This document shows, piece by piece, positions 50,858 through 63,115 of a DNA stretch of 64,000 nucleotides. Position 1 is the stretch's first letter. Each line of letters opens with the position of its first letter. The translations under genes were made by a program, and so were the position numbers. Origin of the DNA: Octopus sinensis. Taxonomy: Eukaryota. Location: NCBI RefSeq assembly GCF_006345805.1, contig NC_043001.1:127658001-127722000 (forward strand), read 5' to 3'. The notes beneath the pieces are model-generated. The model was not told the origin of the DNA and searched no databases. It worked only from the letters and a program-made list of their open reading frames with translations.

Positions 50858-52111
50858 CTAGCAGTATCGCCCGGCGTTGCTCGGGTTGTAAGGGAAATAA
50901 CTATATAAGCATTTTTAGAGAGTTATAGCCAAAAAGTAGCAAAAAAATGCATTAAAAATTGAAAAAAAATTAAGGTAAATTTTTCTTTAAATCGTTGACA
51001 CATCGTAGATATTTTTAGAGAGTTACTTCCCTTATATAAAAGCGAAAAAAATGCATTAAAATGGAAAAATATGATGGTAATTTTTTTTTTAATCGTAGAC
51101 TCATCGTAGACGCGCGCTAATACCCAGAAGGGCTCGTTTGTTATTCTGGGTAACTTTCTGTAAAATTATTAAAATTTTGTTCAAACATCGCTATAGAAAA
51201 TGGGTTATTAGCTAATATTCAATTGGGTATACAACAAAATTTTACGATAGAATTTGTTATTCTGGGTAACATTCTGTAAAATTATTAAAATTTTGTTCAA
51301 ACATCGCTATAGAAAATGGGTTATTAGCTAATATTCAATTGGGTATACACACAAATTTTACGATAGAATTTTTTATTCTGGGTAATTTTCTGTAAAATTA
51401 TTAAAATTTTGTTGAAACATCGCTATAGAAAATGGGTTATTAGCTAATATTCAATTGGGTATACAACAAAATTTTACAATAGAATTTGTTATTCTGGGTA
51501 ACTTTCTGATACCCATAATAATATTTATGGCAAAATAGGCCTTAATTTCATTTAAGATTGTGGGAAATAACAAACTATCCTTTCTTTCGGTTTGTTTACG
51601 TTTAGCGTAATGATTTCAAATAGGCTCATTCGAAAAAGTAAATAGAAATAGTCTAAGGCTTTACTCTTCTGGGAAAGTCTGTGGCTTGGTCCAGTTTCTT
51701 CAGAAAACTCACCGAAAGAAACAGTTTTTAAATTTTCACTCCATTCAGGTACCAATTCGTTTTCTTTATCGTTGTCGGATTCACTGTTTTCACTTTAATA
51801 GCTGCCAACTTGCAAAGACAAAGGAGGAGAAGGGTGATAGCGTCAGTGAAACAATTCGCTCCCTTTGTGTGTGTGTGCGTTTGCGTGTGGTGTAAACCAG
51901 ACTAAGAAAAGCATTTGACACACACACCAGAATGTGAGTTTTCTGTAAATTTTGCTTAATTGGAGTTTAAATTTTAAAAACTGGACCTGGCATGCCGCGA
52001 TGCATTGTACTCTTAAAATTGCTAGGTAAATTGTAATTGAAGAAATCCTATATTGTAGATTTGTATAACTCCCAAAGGGAGGCAGATAAAATCTGCCTTT
52101 TATAATAAGAG
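50858..52111 (-). mobile_element. Composite Helitron-like element containing a 116-bp tandem repeat
   Basis: Minus-strand 5' A|TCTCTTATTATAAAAAGGCAGAT at 52111 and family 3' hairpin plus CTAG at 50858. A second copy of the 245-bp 5' module abuts it at 50613-50857. Confidence 0.65.
51137..51508. repeat. 116-bp tandem repeat, 3 full units plus a partial
   Basis: Units start at 51137, 51253, 51369 and 51485. Confidence 0.95.
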
Positions 52112-52185
52112 ATTCATACATATGTAAGCAACACATTCAAAGATGTGATTTAAAGGAAATTATGTTTTTTTTCCTGCTATGTCAG

Positions 52186-52272
52186 TCTAAAAGCCAAGCA
52201 GTTGCAATCCACAGCTTTGATATTAACAATGATGGCGTTCCTGAGTTGATTACTGGATGGACTAATGGTAAG
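52186..52272 (+). CDS. BBS2: BBS2 coding exon 7 ([29 protein letters not shown])
   Basis: Acceptor TGTCAG, donor AAG|GTAAGG, 87 nt. Conserved DGV.ELITGW.NGK. Confidence 0.96.
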
Positions 52273-52361
52273 GTAAGGTTACTTTTTTTGTTTATAAAAA
52301 AAATCTCAGTAGTATATGAAATCTTCATTGTCATATTTCTAACAAAAGTAGAGTGCTTATA

Positions 52362-54215
52362 CGCAGACCTGACAGGAGTAAATAGACACCCCATAAAACA
52401 TCGTTTTATGTTTATTCTAACTTGTAAAGGTTTATATTTTTTATTGATTGACATTTTTATGTTTCTGATTCTGTATGTGACTATTTAATTATGCCATGTA
52501 CAAAAGAAGCTTTGAAACTGTCTGAATTTCAAAAAGGTTGTATTGTGGGTCATCCTGAAGGTGTTCTTTGTATAAAATCGCAGAAAACCTTGGGATCCCA
52601 CTTTCTACAATTAACAGAGTAATTGTGCAATTCACTAGGGAGGGGAAGGAGTCCACATCATATCGCCCAGATCAACTAGGGTCCTCTGATAGGACCCTTC
52701 TCTTTACTGTGTGGAAGCACTCCGTCGGTTACGACGACGAGGGTTCCGGTTGATCCGATAAACGGAACAGCCTGCTCGTGAAATTAACGTGTAAGTGGCT
52801 GAGCACTCCACAGACACGTGTACCCTTAACATAGTTCTCGGGGATATTCAGCGTGACACAGAGAGTGACAAGGCCGGCCCTTTGAAATACAGGTACAACA
52901 GAAACAGGAAGTAAGAGTGAGAGAAAGTTGTGGTGAAAGAGTACAGCAGGGATCACCACCATCCCTGCCGGAGCCTCGTGGAGCTTTTTTAGGTGTTTTC
53001 GCTCAATAAACACTCACAACGCCCGGTCTAGGAATCGAAACCGCGATCCTACGACCGCAAGTCCACTGCCCTAACCACTGGGCCATTGCGCCTCCACTGT
53101 TCTCTTTACTAAGAGAAGAGTGGAGGATAATCCTCATTACAAAGCATCTGATAGAGCAGAACAAGTTGATATCAGTCTTAGAACAGCTGTCATGTATCTC
53201 CACAAACTTGGTTACTGTGACAGAGTAGCAAGAAGGAAGCCACTTCTTCAACCAGCCAATATCAAGCGAAAAAAAGATTGGGCCAATGAAATGGTGGAGA
53301 GGTCGCTATCATTTTGGGATAGTCATATTCTCTGATGAGCCCAGATTTGCTGTATTTCCTGACAGTGGTCGAGTGTGGGTCTGGAGATTCTGTGATCAAG
53401 AATTTGATGTGAAAAGATTGCAGCCAACAATGAAACAGCAGCTATTCTCTGATGGTCTGGGGAGTAATTTGGAGCAATAGTTCATCAGAGCTGGTGGAGA
53501 GTGAGGGAAACATAAACTCAGATAAATATGTGTCCATATTGCAGAAAGGACTCCTTCCAATCTTCTCCAGCAGTGAAATGATTAGAGAAGACTATTATGG
53601 AAGATGGGGCTCCATGTCACACGGCTAAAATTACCCAAGATTTGTTGGATGAGAATGGCATTAAAACACTTCCATGGTAGGGCACTTCATAAAAAGAACA
53701 AGAAAGCATCTTCAAAGCCAGATCTTTTGAGATTACTGCAGGAAACTTGGTAAGGAATTTTGCGAGAGGATATTCGTCATCGGATCAGTAACTTGCCTAA
53801 TCAGGTCCTTGCATTGAAAAATGCAAAGGGCATATCGATGCCAGCGCCGCCTTGACTGGCTTCTGTGCCGGTGGCACGTAAAAAGTACCAACCGATCATG
53901 GCCACTGCTAGACTCCCCTGGCTCCTGTGCCAGTGGCACGTAAAAAGCACCCACTACACTCACGGAGTGGTTGGTGTTAGGAAGGGCATCCAGCTGTAGA
54001 AACACTGCCTGATCAGACTGGAGCCTGGTGCAGCCTCCTGGCTTCCCAGACCCCAGTCGAACCGTCCAACCCGTGCTAGCATGGAAAACGGATGTTAAAT
54101 GATGATGATGATGATGATGATTATAGCGATTAATAAATAATTTGAATGTATAATTTCAGATTTAAATAAATTTTAATGATTATAAGGGTGTCTATTTACT
54201 TCTGTCATGTTTGTG
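52362..54215 (+). mobile_element. Decayed Tc1-type transposon (different family) with two nested retroposons
   Basis: TA-flanked TIRs CGCAGACCTGACAGGAGTAAATAGACACCC and near reverse complement. Motifs IFSDEPRF and EDGAPCH. Confidence 0.9.
52709..53099 (-). mobile_element. tRNA-derived SINE (family C), copy 2, inside the Tc1
   Basis: 11-bp TSD TTCTCTTTACT at 52698-52708 and 53100-53110. Confidence 0.93.
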
Positions 54216-54748
54216 TATGTCTTAATTTTTGAAAGCAATCAGGAATTTGGAAGGATTAAGTCATATAACTAATGTTATTTTATCTATTGTTGTATTGAGC
54301 TGGTATTTAAAGTTCAACTGAATACAAGACACATTTTTACCTACTGAAATCTTCCATATTCATTAACCCTTTAGCATTTAAACTGGTCATATCCAGCCCA
54401 AAGTATTCTACCTGTTCTATGTTCAAAGTGGCCATGTCCAGCTTCTCATACCTACCCAACTATGTCATAAAAATAAGCAATCATATCATTGAAATCTCAA
54501 AGCTATGAAATGATATATCGTAAATTCAAAACAATGTAAATAAATAAGCATTACATTTGACAGTGTAATCTGAATGCTAGAAGGTTAATGTAATAACAAG
54601 ATTTCAAATGAAATGGTTTTGAAATGCATACCATTATGTAATGGTTAGTATGTAACTTGTCCAAGACAATCAGCAAGAAATATATGATTTGATTACCAAA
54701 CATTAAAAAAAAAACATAAATAAATCATGTAATTTCATAATCTTTCAG

Positions 54749-54826
54749 GTTGATGTTCGTAATGACCGTACAGGGGAAGTTCTTTTCAAAGATAACTTCC
54801 CAAGTTCAGTGGCAGGTATTGTACAG
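54749..54826 (+). CDS. BBS2: BBS2 coding exon 8 (VDVRNDRTGEVLFKDNFPSSVAGIVQ)
   Basis: Acceptor TTTCAG, donor CAG|GTAAAT, 78 nt. Conserved VD.R.DRTGEV.FKDNF. Confidence 0.95.
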
Positions 54827-56168
54827 GTAAATACAGGTGTTCACAGTTCTTTAACTTACAAAACAGTACTGTTAAATTTTGTATTCAGAATAATTCTGTC
54901 TTTGTTTGCCTTTAGTCAATCAAGCAGTGAAAGCCCATTGCCTAAGGCTGCAAGTGCACAGCAAAAGATGCAATTTCCTCCCTCCGTCTTTCTCAGTCAT
55001 CAACCAACATTAAGTTTTCTACCATCTTCTTCCTTGTCTATTGATGTTACTCATGGCCTTTCCATATTTCATTTACTGGAGGTTTCTTCAAATATGACTA
55101 TTTGCTAGAGGTAGGGTGTCATGATGTTACATGACCAAACTCCTTCGTTTTCCCCCTTTTTGACAGTTGACACAATTGTTTGTTCCAAACGATTTCTTTT
55201 GACTAAAGTAGAAACTATATTATCATTGGTAGATTTTACACTTGTTTCTCCGGGAGTTCAGATTACACAAACAAACCCTGCATTTAGAAAGATTCCTGTA
55301 TTCAACTTATTTTGGATTTACTTCATGTATATACCAAAGGAGAACCTAGAAATCACAGGGAAACAGATCCCTGAATGGGTTGTACAGGTTTCCAAACCAG
55401 TAGCTTTCAAGACAGCTCTACTTCAAATGCATATGATGTTGGGCATCTAATGCTAATGCATTTTAGTGTTCCCATTTGCATTGTTTTGAGATTGGGGAGC
55501 GGGTAGATTACATTCCGATGCCCTTTCTATCATCTCCTCCTTCAATGCATACTAGGGGTATATAATGTGATGCCAGCATTACAGACGTTTTCTTAAAAAT
55601 GAAAGGCCTTTTATAGATATCATAGTTGCAGTAGAGTAATCTTGCTGGGTCATTAAAACACTGACAAAGGCCCAGTCTTCATCCAGTTACTTGACCAATA
55701 TATAAGAAGACCCCCTTCGGTCATGAATGACCATGGAATTGCACCTAGAAAGTTCCCCCTCCAAGGCACAAGTCTGAGCAAGGTTGTTTATGGAAGACCA
55801 GCAGTCACCCATGCATACCAGCCTCCCTTCTCTACTCCAGTGATTTTATCCATGGAAAAGGCAAAGGCTGATACAGCTTGGCACCAGTGATGTCACAACT
55901 CATTTCTACAGATGAGTGAACTGCAGCAACATGAAATAAAGTGTCTGGCTCAAGAACACAACACATAGCCTAGTCTGGGAATGGACCTCACAAATGAGAT
56001 GACACAGAAACAAATGGAATAAAAATATGTTATAATTCCAACCCATCCAATATATGCTAGCAAAGACAAAGTGTATGATTTTTATGGTAACTACATCCCA
56101 ATGATCATGCTTTTATGCTCTTCATTTATTGCTTTCTTCATTAATTCCATAACCTTCTTATTCCATAG

Positions 56169-56226
56169 GGAGCATATACACAACTTGGTAAGGAACAAAT
56201 GATATGCTGTTCTGTAGATGGTGAAG
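56169..56226 (+). CDS. BBS2: BBS2 coding exon 9 (GAYTQLGKEQMICCSVDGE)
   Basis: Acceptor CCATAG, donor AAG|GTAACG, 58 nt (phase 0 in, phase 1 out). Conserved ICCSVDGE. Confidence 0.92.
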
Positions 56227-57506
56227 GTAACGCATTTCAAATTTTCATTACCTCTGTTACTGTTTTTGAAAATTTATATATTCATTTATTAAATACTGTT
56301 TTACATCCTTTCCCATTGATAGTAAATCTGGACATCAGAACATTGTTTACTTTTTACTCTTTTACTTGTTTCAGTCATTTGACTGCGGCCATGCTGGAGC
56401 ACCGCCTTTAGTCAAGCAAATCGACCCCGGGACTTATTCTTTGTAAGCCCAGTACTTATTCTATCGGTCTCTTTTGCCGAATCGCTAAGTGACGGGGACG
56501 TAAACACACCAGCATCGGTTGTCAAGCAATGCTAGGGGGACAAACGCAGACAAACACATTACTACTAATAAACTTGGGATGATTCCATCAGTTATGTGTA
56601 AAGTTTTGCTTTGATTTGCTCACACTAAACTAATATTGTAATTTTAAAGAATAAAGAACTGTAATGTCAGTATAAGCATTAAATAGCTTGACTAGATTCT
56701 TTACACTAGTGGTTCCCTCAAATTGAACCCAAGTAACAAGGGATTGCATAAGGGTAGTGATACAAATGAAGGTATTTTTAGGGAGGGGAGCATTATGTTT
56801 ATTATTTCTCATTTGAAATATCCAATGCTATTATTATTTATTAAAGTAAAAGTGGTGAAGTAACCATATAGGGCTACATACTTTGTGGCATTTAATTTCA
56901 AAAGGCCTAGTTGGAGGTCCAACCTTCTGAGTTCTTTTACAGGGTTCAGAAAAAGTGAAGGACTGCTGCAATAAGTGTGTGAATCTGAGAGTGGAATATG
57001 TTGAATAAAATCATAATTAAATGATCCTCCTGTATTTTCTGTTACCCCCTCCCCCTCATACTTCTATAAGTTTCGCAATGCTCATGTGTCAAAATTGACT
57101 TCTGACTACTCAGAAGTCAATGCAATAAAAAAATAAATGAAATTAGCTGAGAAAAATGCAAGCTTAGATTTCAGGATCCTTGGCCTCACAGATGTGATGA
57201 CTAAAGATCAATGCAGTATACTTGAGATTTGGGGTGAGATGGGGTAGTAGATTAAACTGACCTCAGTATGTGACATACCTTATTCTAAAATAAACCTTGG
57301 AAGGACTAAAAGCAAAATTGAACTTTGTAGGATTTGAACTCAGACCATAAGGAAACAAAAGAATTACTACAAACCATTTTGTCCAGTACTCTACCACTTC
57401 TGCTAATAATTTCTATGAAAGTATTTTTATACTTAATCTGAGGATATAACACATTGTCTCCCGATTCAGTCAATTTAGAGGTTAACAATAATATTTTACA
57501 TTTCAG

Positions 57507-57604
57507 TTCGTGGCTATAACCCTTTGACGTCTGAAACTCTTAGTCTTGGAGTTAGTGTCACTCTGGAACAAGAAACTATCCGAGAACTCACACAAAAGAA
57601 ACAG
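57507..57604 (+). CDS. BBS2: BBS2 coding exon 10 (VRGYNPLTSETLSLGVSVTLEQETIRELTQKKQ)
   Basis: Acceptor TTTCAG, donor CAG|GTATGT, 98 nt, phase 1 in and phase 0 out. Conserved RGY and EQ..IREL.QKKQ. Confidence 0.93.
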
Positions 57605-58829
57605 GTATGTTGATATTGAGAACCCCCAGTAAAGTATCCATAGCTATGCACATTGCAAGTCACCATATTTTATTCAACTTCATTTAAGCATTCACAAGTA
57701 AAATTTCTTAGGACCCAGATCAAACCATATCCTTGTGACTTCTTTTTTAGAAAACATGTAGCTATAGTTATATACATATACTTTATAAATAGGGTTCAGC
57801 AACGATTTGCTTCACCACATACCGAAGTTTAGAAGTAGCAGTCACTTAAGCTTACCATGAAATGGTCTTTTTCATGCCAAATTCTGCTTGGTGAAATTAC
57901 TGATTACTTCTTAATTAATTAATTTTACCCTTTGTTATATATATATGTGTATGTGTTTTAGGATTCTGACTGTCTCTAATTTATTCATTCTTTTGATTTA
58001 TATATTTATATTGTATTTATTTTGATTTATATATTTATATTGTATACAAATATATACATTCAGGTTAAATGACAAAAACATTATTATTGATTGTATCAGA
58101 ATTTTGTGTGTGTATGTGTGTGGTTACTGTGGATATGGCACAGTAACTGATATAGTCATGAATGAATTTACCATCTATTCCACTTGCTTTACACCAAGTG
58201 ATTTGCTTGTTACTTTACCCATCAGATGGCTCTGAGGGCCAAACTGACTCTCATTCAGACCCCAAAAAATGACAATAGTTATGAACACTGACTATATTCA
58301 TGGGACTATATTCCTCAGGATACGTTAGTAGCTAATGAGTTGACATAAGAATCTGTCAATGTCTAAAGAATAAAGTGGGAAAAGAAAATGTAGAAGCTAC
58401 TTGACAACTTCTACACAAATCATCATCATCACTCTTCATCTTCCTGTAGCTGGCATAGCCAATGATGAGGTGCCTTCTAAACATTGTAACAGTCAGTAAT
58501 CATCACTACTTCTTGTCACACACAGAAGGGCTGCAGTGTTACGACCTTTTCAGACCAGCATTTTAAATGTCTTGCAAACAACTTGCACATGCAAGTGCTA
58601 CCAGTTAAAAGCTCCGTATACCGGAAGCTAGCAAGTGTATGGGGTCATCATGAGAGAATGCGCGCCGTTTCGGGGCCTACCTCTTGACGGCATCAATGAG
58701 CACCGGCCCCCCTCACTGATATGAGGCCCCGCTTGCTAGATCAGCTGGTTATGAAGAACTCAATATACTTCTAGCCATCGCTCATCGTCTCTTTTTAGCC
58801 AAATCCAGTGGCTAGCCTTCTCCACTGTA

Positions 58830-59290
58830 GATTGGAAATCCTCGAGTATAGTCCACCCTTGTGTATAATATGCACTCCTTCTCTAACTTGAGTCGTGCGT
58901 AATTAAGCCAGCAGCACCTAGTTGGACAAACACTTCCGTGCATGCATAATACAATAATGGTGATGTTCTTAACTGTTATATGGGAATGTAAATATGTTTG
59001 CAAAGTGTTTTTGTTACAGGTTATTCTGTGCTCTGAATACTTTTATTTTAATAAATGTTGGCTTACTGCAAGTTATGGATGATTCTTTTATGGCTTCATT
59101 GCTTTCAGGCTTAGCTTAAGGTATCTTCACGCCCAACATCACAATATGCATCTGAATAAACATTGACGGACAGCAAATAGAGACTCAAACATTATTTTCA
59201 TTTTTAACCTCGTTTATAGTATGCACTTGGGATTTTGACCTTTAAATTTTGGGGAAAAAAATGCAGATTATACTCGAGGATTTATGGTAC
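58830..59290. mobile_element. Possible pogo-type non-autonomous element
   Basis: AAATCCTCGAGTATAGTCC and its inverse GATTATACTCGAGGATTTATGGTA resemble pogo-type termini. The left boundary is unclear. Confidence 0.45.
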
Positions 59291-59889
59291 CTACCTCTTC
59301 TGTACCTTTGTTTATCTGTGCCCTACAGAAAAACTAATAAATATTACTTATATTGAGAAATAAGTAGAAAATTATTATAATATAAATAATCTTTTCTACT
59401 ATAGGCACAAGGCTGAAATTTTGTGAGATAGGTATAGTCGATTACATTGACCCCAATGTTCAACGGGCGAAATGCTTAGCGGTATTTCGTCTGCGTTACG
59501 CTGTGAGTTCAAATTCCGCCAAGGTCGACTTTGCATTTCATCCTTTCGGGGTCAATAAATTAAATACCAGTTACACACTGGGGTCGATGTAATCGACTTA
59601 ATACTTATATCTTTCCTTGTTTGTCCCCTCTATGTTTAGCCTCTTGTGGGTAATAAAGAAATAGGTATAGTCGATTACATTGACCCCAATGTTCAACTGG
59701 TATTTTATTTTATCAACCCTGAAAGGATAAAAGACAAAGTCATCTGAGCAGAATTTAAACTCAGGTTGTAAAGCCTGAAGAAATGCTGCTAAGCATTTTG
59801 TCTATCTTATTAATGATTCTGTCAGCTCACCGCCTTTTTAAAAATATAAATAATAATTCCTCTCGTTATTCTTGTTGTGTCTATCATGT

Positions 59890-60160
59890 CCCAGAGGGAA
59901 TACGAAAGAGTGACAGAGAGAGAGAGGAGAAATGGAAAGACAAGAAAAGACGTCAACAAGAAACTATGGCATTACAACCAGCCAGGAACAGTCTTCAGTG
60001 CATTTGTGGTACCTGCCAGAGGGAGTGTTTGTCCAGGATAGGACTACACAGCCACAGCAGGAAATGTATCAGGACATGAAATGTAAAAGCCGGACTAGAC
60101 TACTTTATGCGCAACTCCATTGTCTCCCGAGACAAAAAGGATGCCAACCAACAACCATGT
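59890..60160 (+). mobile_element. RTE (BovB-like) 3' end fragment
   Basis: C-terminal zinc-finger-like CGTCQRECLSRIGLHSHSRKC. Confidence 0.75.
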
Positions 60161-61036
60161 CCCAGTCCTACATTATCCACTGCACCAAATCTGTCTTTCT
60201 CAGAATTGGAACTCACTCCTGGCTTATGCCTTTCCTGTAGATGTTGATTTGCAATGGTTCAAGAGGAACATTAACACTGTCCTTGGAGGTTAAACCCATT
60301 TTCTGCAGGTACTCGATAACAGCATGATGCCAAATTTTGTCTGTTTTCAAGAGTAGTCACTGCCAGTTACTTCTGAAGTCTTCTTTGAACAGTGAGATGT
60401 CAGTTTACCTGAAAAGAAACAATGCAGTTATTAATAAGAAGAGTTTGAAATTTAATGCATGCAAGATTTCACAACTCTAGCATCACTCCTTCATAGTCAG
60501 CCTATGAACTTTTCAGCCCACACTTGTATTGTATTGAGTTCATCCTTATTCTGCACATAACATTGACCTCCTGGAATCTGTCCAGAGACGTGCAACCAAA
60601 CGCATACCCTTCATCAGACACCTACCATATTCTGAGTGCCTTGTTTCCCTGGGCATGGATTCACTGAAGCTCCGGCATCTGGCGACGGACTTGGTAAACA
60701 CCCACAAAGTTATCAACCACCTCACCAACAACAACACTGAACACCTTTTTGATCTCCATGTGTCTAACACACGTGGACATGCCTACAAAGTCAGAAAACA
60801 ACACAGCTCCCATGACTTTCGGAAACATTTTTTCACGCTCAGAGTTGCTGAAGCATGGAATAAACTGCCTGCGTCAGTTGTTGACTGCCATGACACTGCA
60901 TCCTTTAAGGCCCTCGTGCTTTCCGAAATCCGCCGAAACTACACCTGATTATATATGCACTTTAGATGAGTTGTAGTGCACCTGAGCACTGTACACAATG
61001 TTTATTATTATTATTATTCTGCACATAATATTTCAG

Positions 61037-61135
61037 AATCTACTGATGGAACTGAAAAACTATGAAGACAATATACCAAGTACTATCAAGCTCAGTCCCG
61101 ATGAACGGAATAAAACAACAGGAAGTATTATACCT
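61037..61135 (+). CDS. BBS2: BBS2 coding exon 11 (NLLMELKNYEDNIPSTIKLSPDERNKTTGSIIP)
   Basis: Acceptor TTTCAG, donor CCT|GTAAGT, 99 nt. Conserved NLL.EL.NYE.N and G.IIP. Confidence 0.92.
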
Positions 61136-61314
61136 GTAAGTTTTTCATGAAGATCACCTGAGGTTTCTTTTTATTTCTATCATAAATCTTTCTCATTATC
61201 AGTCATTGCTAACTAAATTGTAAATTGTCTTTACTATTATTTCGAAGATGAGGGCGAGTGAGCTACAGCAAATAGAAAAGAGTTTAATGAAGAGAATGAT
61301 GTTATGATAGTAGT

Positions 61315-61704
61315 GTGGAGGCGCAATGGCCCAGTGGTTAGGGCAGCAGACTTGCGGTCGTAGGATCGCGGTTTCGATTCCCAGACCGGGCGTTGTGAGT
61401 GTTTATTGAGCGAAAACACCTAAAAGCTCCACGAGGCTCCGGCAGGGGATGGTGGTGATCCCTGCTGTACTCTTTCACCACAACTTTCTCTCACTCTTAC
61501 TTCCTGTTTCTGTTGTACCTGTATTTCAAAGGGCCAGCCTTGTCACTCTCTGTGTCACGCTGAATATCCCCGAGAACTACGTTAAGGGTACACGTGTCTG
61601 TGGAGTGCTCAGCCACTTACATGTTAATTTCACGAGCAGGCTGTTCCGTTGATTCGGATCAACCGGAACCTCGTCGTCGTAACCGACGGAGTGCTTCCAC
61701 ACAC
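61315..61704 (+). mobile_element. tRNA-derived SINE (family C), copy 3
   Basis: Head TGGCCCAGTGG...GGTTTCGATTCC; 11-bp TSD ATGATAGTAGT at 61304-61314 and 61705-61715. Confidence 0.93.
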
Positions 61705-62560
61705 ATGATAGTAGTAGTGGTGGTGATGATGGTGGCAGTGGTGGTAGCCATGGTGATGGTAGTAATGTTATTTTTAATGTAGAAGATGAGGAAGAGAAGC
61801 AGTAGTAGTCTCAGTCTGTTTTTTTTAAAGATGCCTACAGCAAGGATTAGAAACAAACTACAAATACATAGACAGCTTCTCTCTAGCTGTATGGATTAAA
61901 AGATAGAGAAATATCTAACAGATCTGTTTAGGTTGAGTTTCTACACCTGATCATCTTTATAACCATAAACATCCCTCACCTCTTTTTTTTTTTTCCTTAT
62001 CACCATTACAACCACTAGCATGGTTTGGAAGGGTCTTAAAAAGAACCATTAATCTATATTGTTGACATCGTTTGTTAATCTAAAGTCTTGTTTACTTTAA
62101 TTGGAAGCAAAACAGTAAAAATGTTTTCAATCTAAAGCAAACTTTACTTTTTGAAACATTGTTGTGCAAAACCACATGGTTCCGGGTTCAGTCCCACTGT
62201 GTGGCACCTTGGGCAAGTGTCTTCTACTATAACCTCGGGCCAACCAAAGCCTTGTGAGTGGATTTGGTAGATGGAAACTGAAAGAAGCCTGTCGTATATA
62301 TGTATATATATATGTGTGTGTGTGTGTGTATACATTGGTGTGTCTGTGTTTGTCCCCGCCAACATCACTTGACAACCGATGCTAGTGTGTTACATCCCCG
62401 TAACTTAGCAGTTTGGCAAAAGAGACCGATAGAATAAGTACCAGGCTTACAAAGAATAAATCCTGGGGTTGATTTGCTCGACTAAAGGCGATGCTCCAGC
62501 ATGGCCACAGTCAAATGACTGAAACAAGTAAAAAGAGTAAAAGAGTATTTGGAATTAATT

Positions 62561-62778
62561 ACAAGGGGGTGCTGAAAAATTCTTGGCATTAAGGGTATCA
62601 TGAAAGACCTGGTTAGGGGTCCAACCTTCTGAGTTCTTTTACAGGGCTTAGAAAAGCTGAAGAACCGCTGCAATAAATGTGTGAATCTGAGAGGGGAATA
62701 TGTTGACTAAAATCATAATTGACTGATGCTCCTGTATTTTCTTTTACCCAAAGCCAGGAACTTTTCAGCACCCACTCA
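62561..62778. mobile_element. mariner-type MITE, intact 218 bp
   Basis: TA-flanked inverted termini GGGTGCTGAAAA(A/G)TTC(T/C)TGGC. Confidence 0.88.
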
Positions 62779-63058
62779 TATGCAATGAAACTACTGTATT
62801 GATGACATTGAATTAATGTATCAATAATTACTTCATACAACATTTGCGGCATTTAGCTGTGTCAATTTTGATAAACTCTACTGGGACTTGAACTCAGAAT
62901 GTAGAAAAACGTACAATCTCCTTTTTTTTTCAGGTGGTATCAACCAAGATGTATTTTAGTTTGTTGCACCAGGAATCTCTGTCTCTATTAGCTATTTCTA
63001 AATGCTTTTAATGTATATTCAAAGAAAAGAAATTCACTAAAATGAAATTTCATTACAG

Positions 63059-63115
63059 ACAGATACTAAAGTTAACTCAAGGCTTTGTCTGAAACCAGCA
63101 TCAGAGGATTCTCCA
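63059..63115 (+). CDS. BBS2: Probable BBS2 coding exon 12 (TDTKVNSRLCLKPASEDSP); gene continues beyond the window
   Basis: Acceptor TTACAG, donor CCA|GTAAGA, 57 nt in frame. Weak similarity to human [20 protein letters not shown] at the expected position. Confidence 0.7.

Noticed and set aside
52162-52488. ORFs 52162-52488, 32162-32413, 43088-43297 and 56199-56411 as independent genes
   Set aside because: Each is a BBS2 exon read through into flanking intron sequence.
61449-61652. Recurring ORF MVVIPAVLFHHNFLSLLL... (three copies) as a small gene family
   Set aside because: It lies wholly inside the family C SINE; the copies share TSD-flanked boundaries and have frame-disrupting differences upstream.
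63059-63062. Alternative acceptor 4 nt downstream (ACAG|ACAG)
   Set aside because: It would shift the frame; only 63059 preserves the BBS2 frame.
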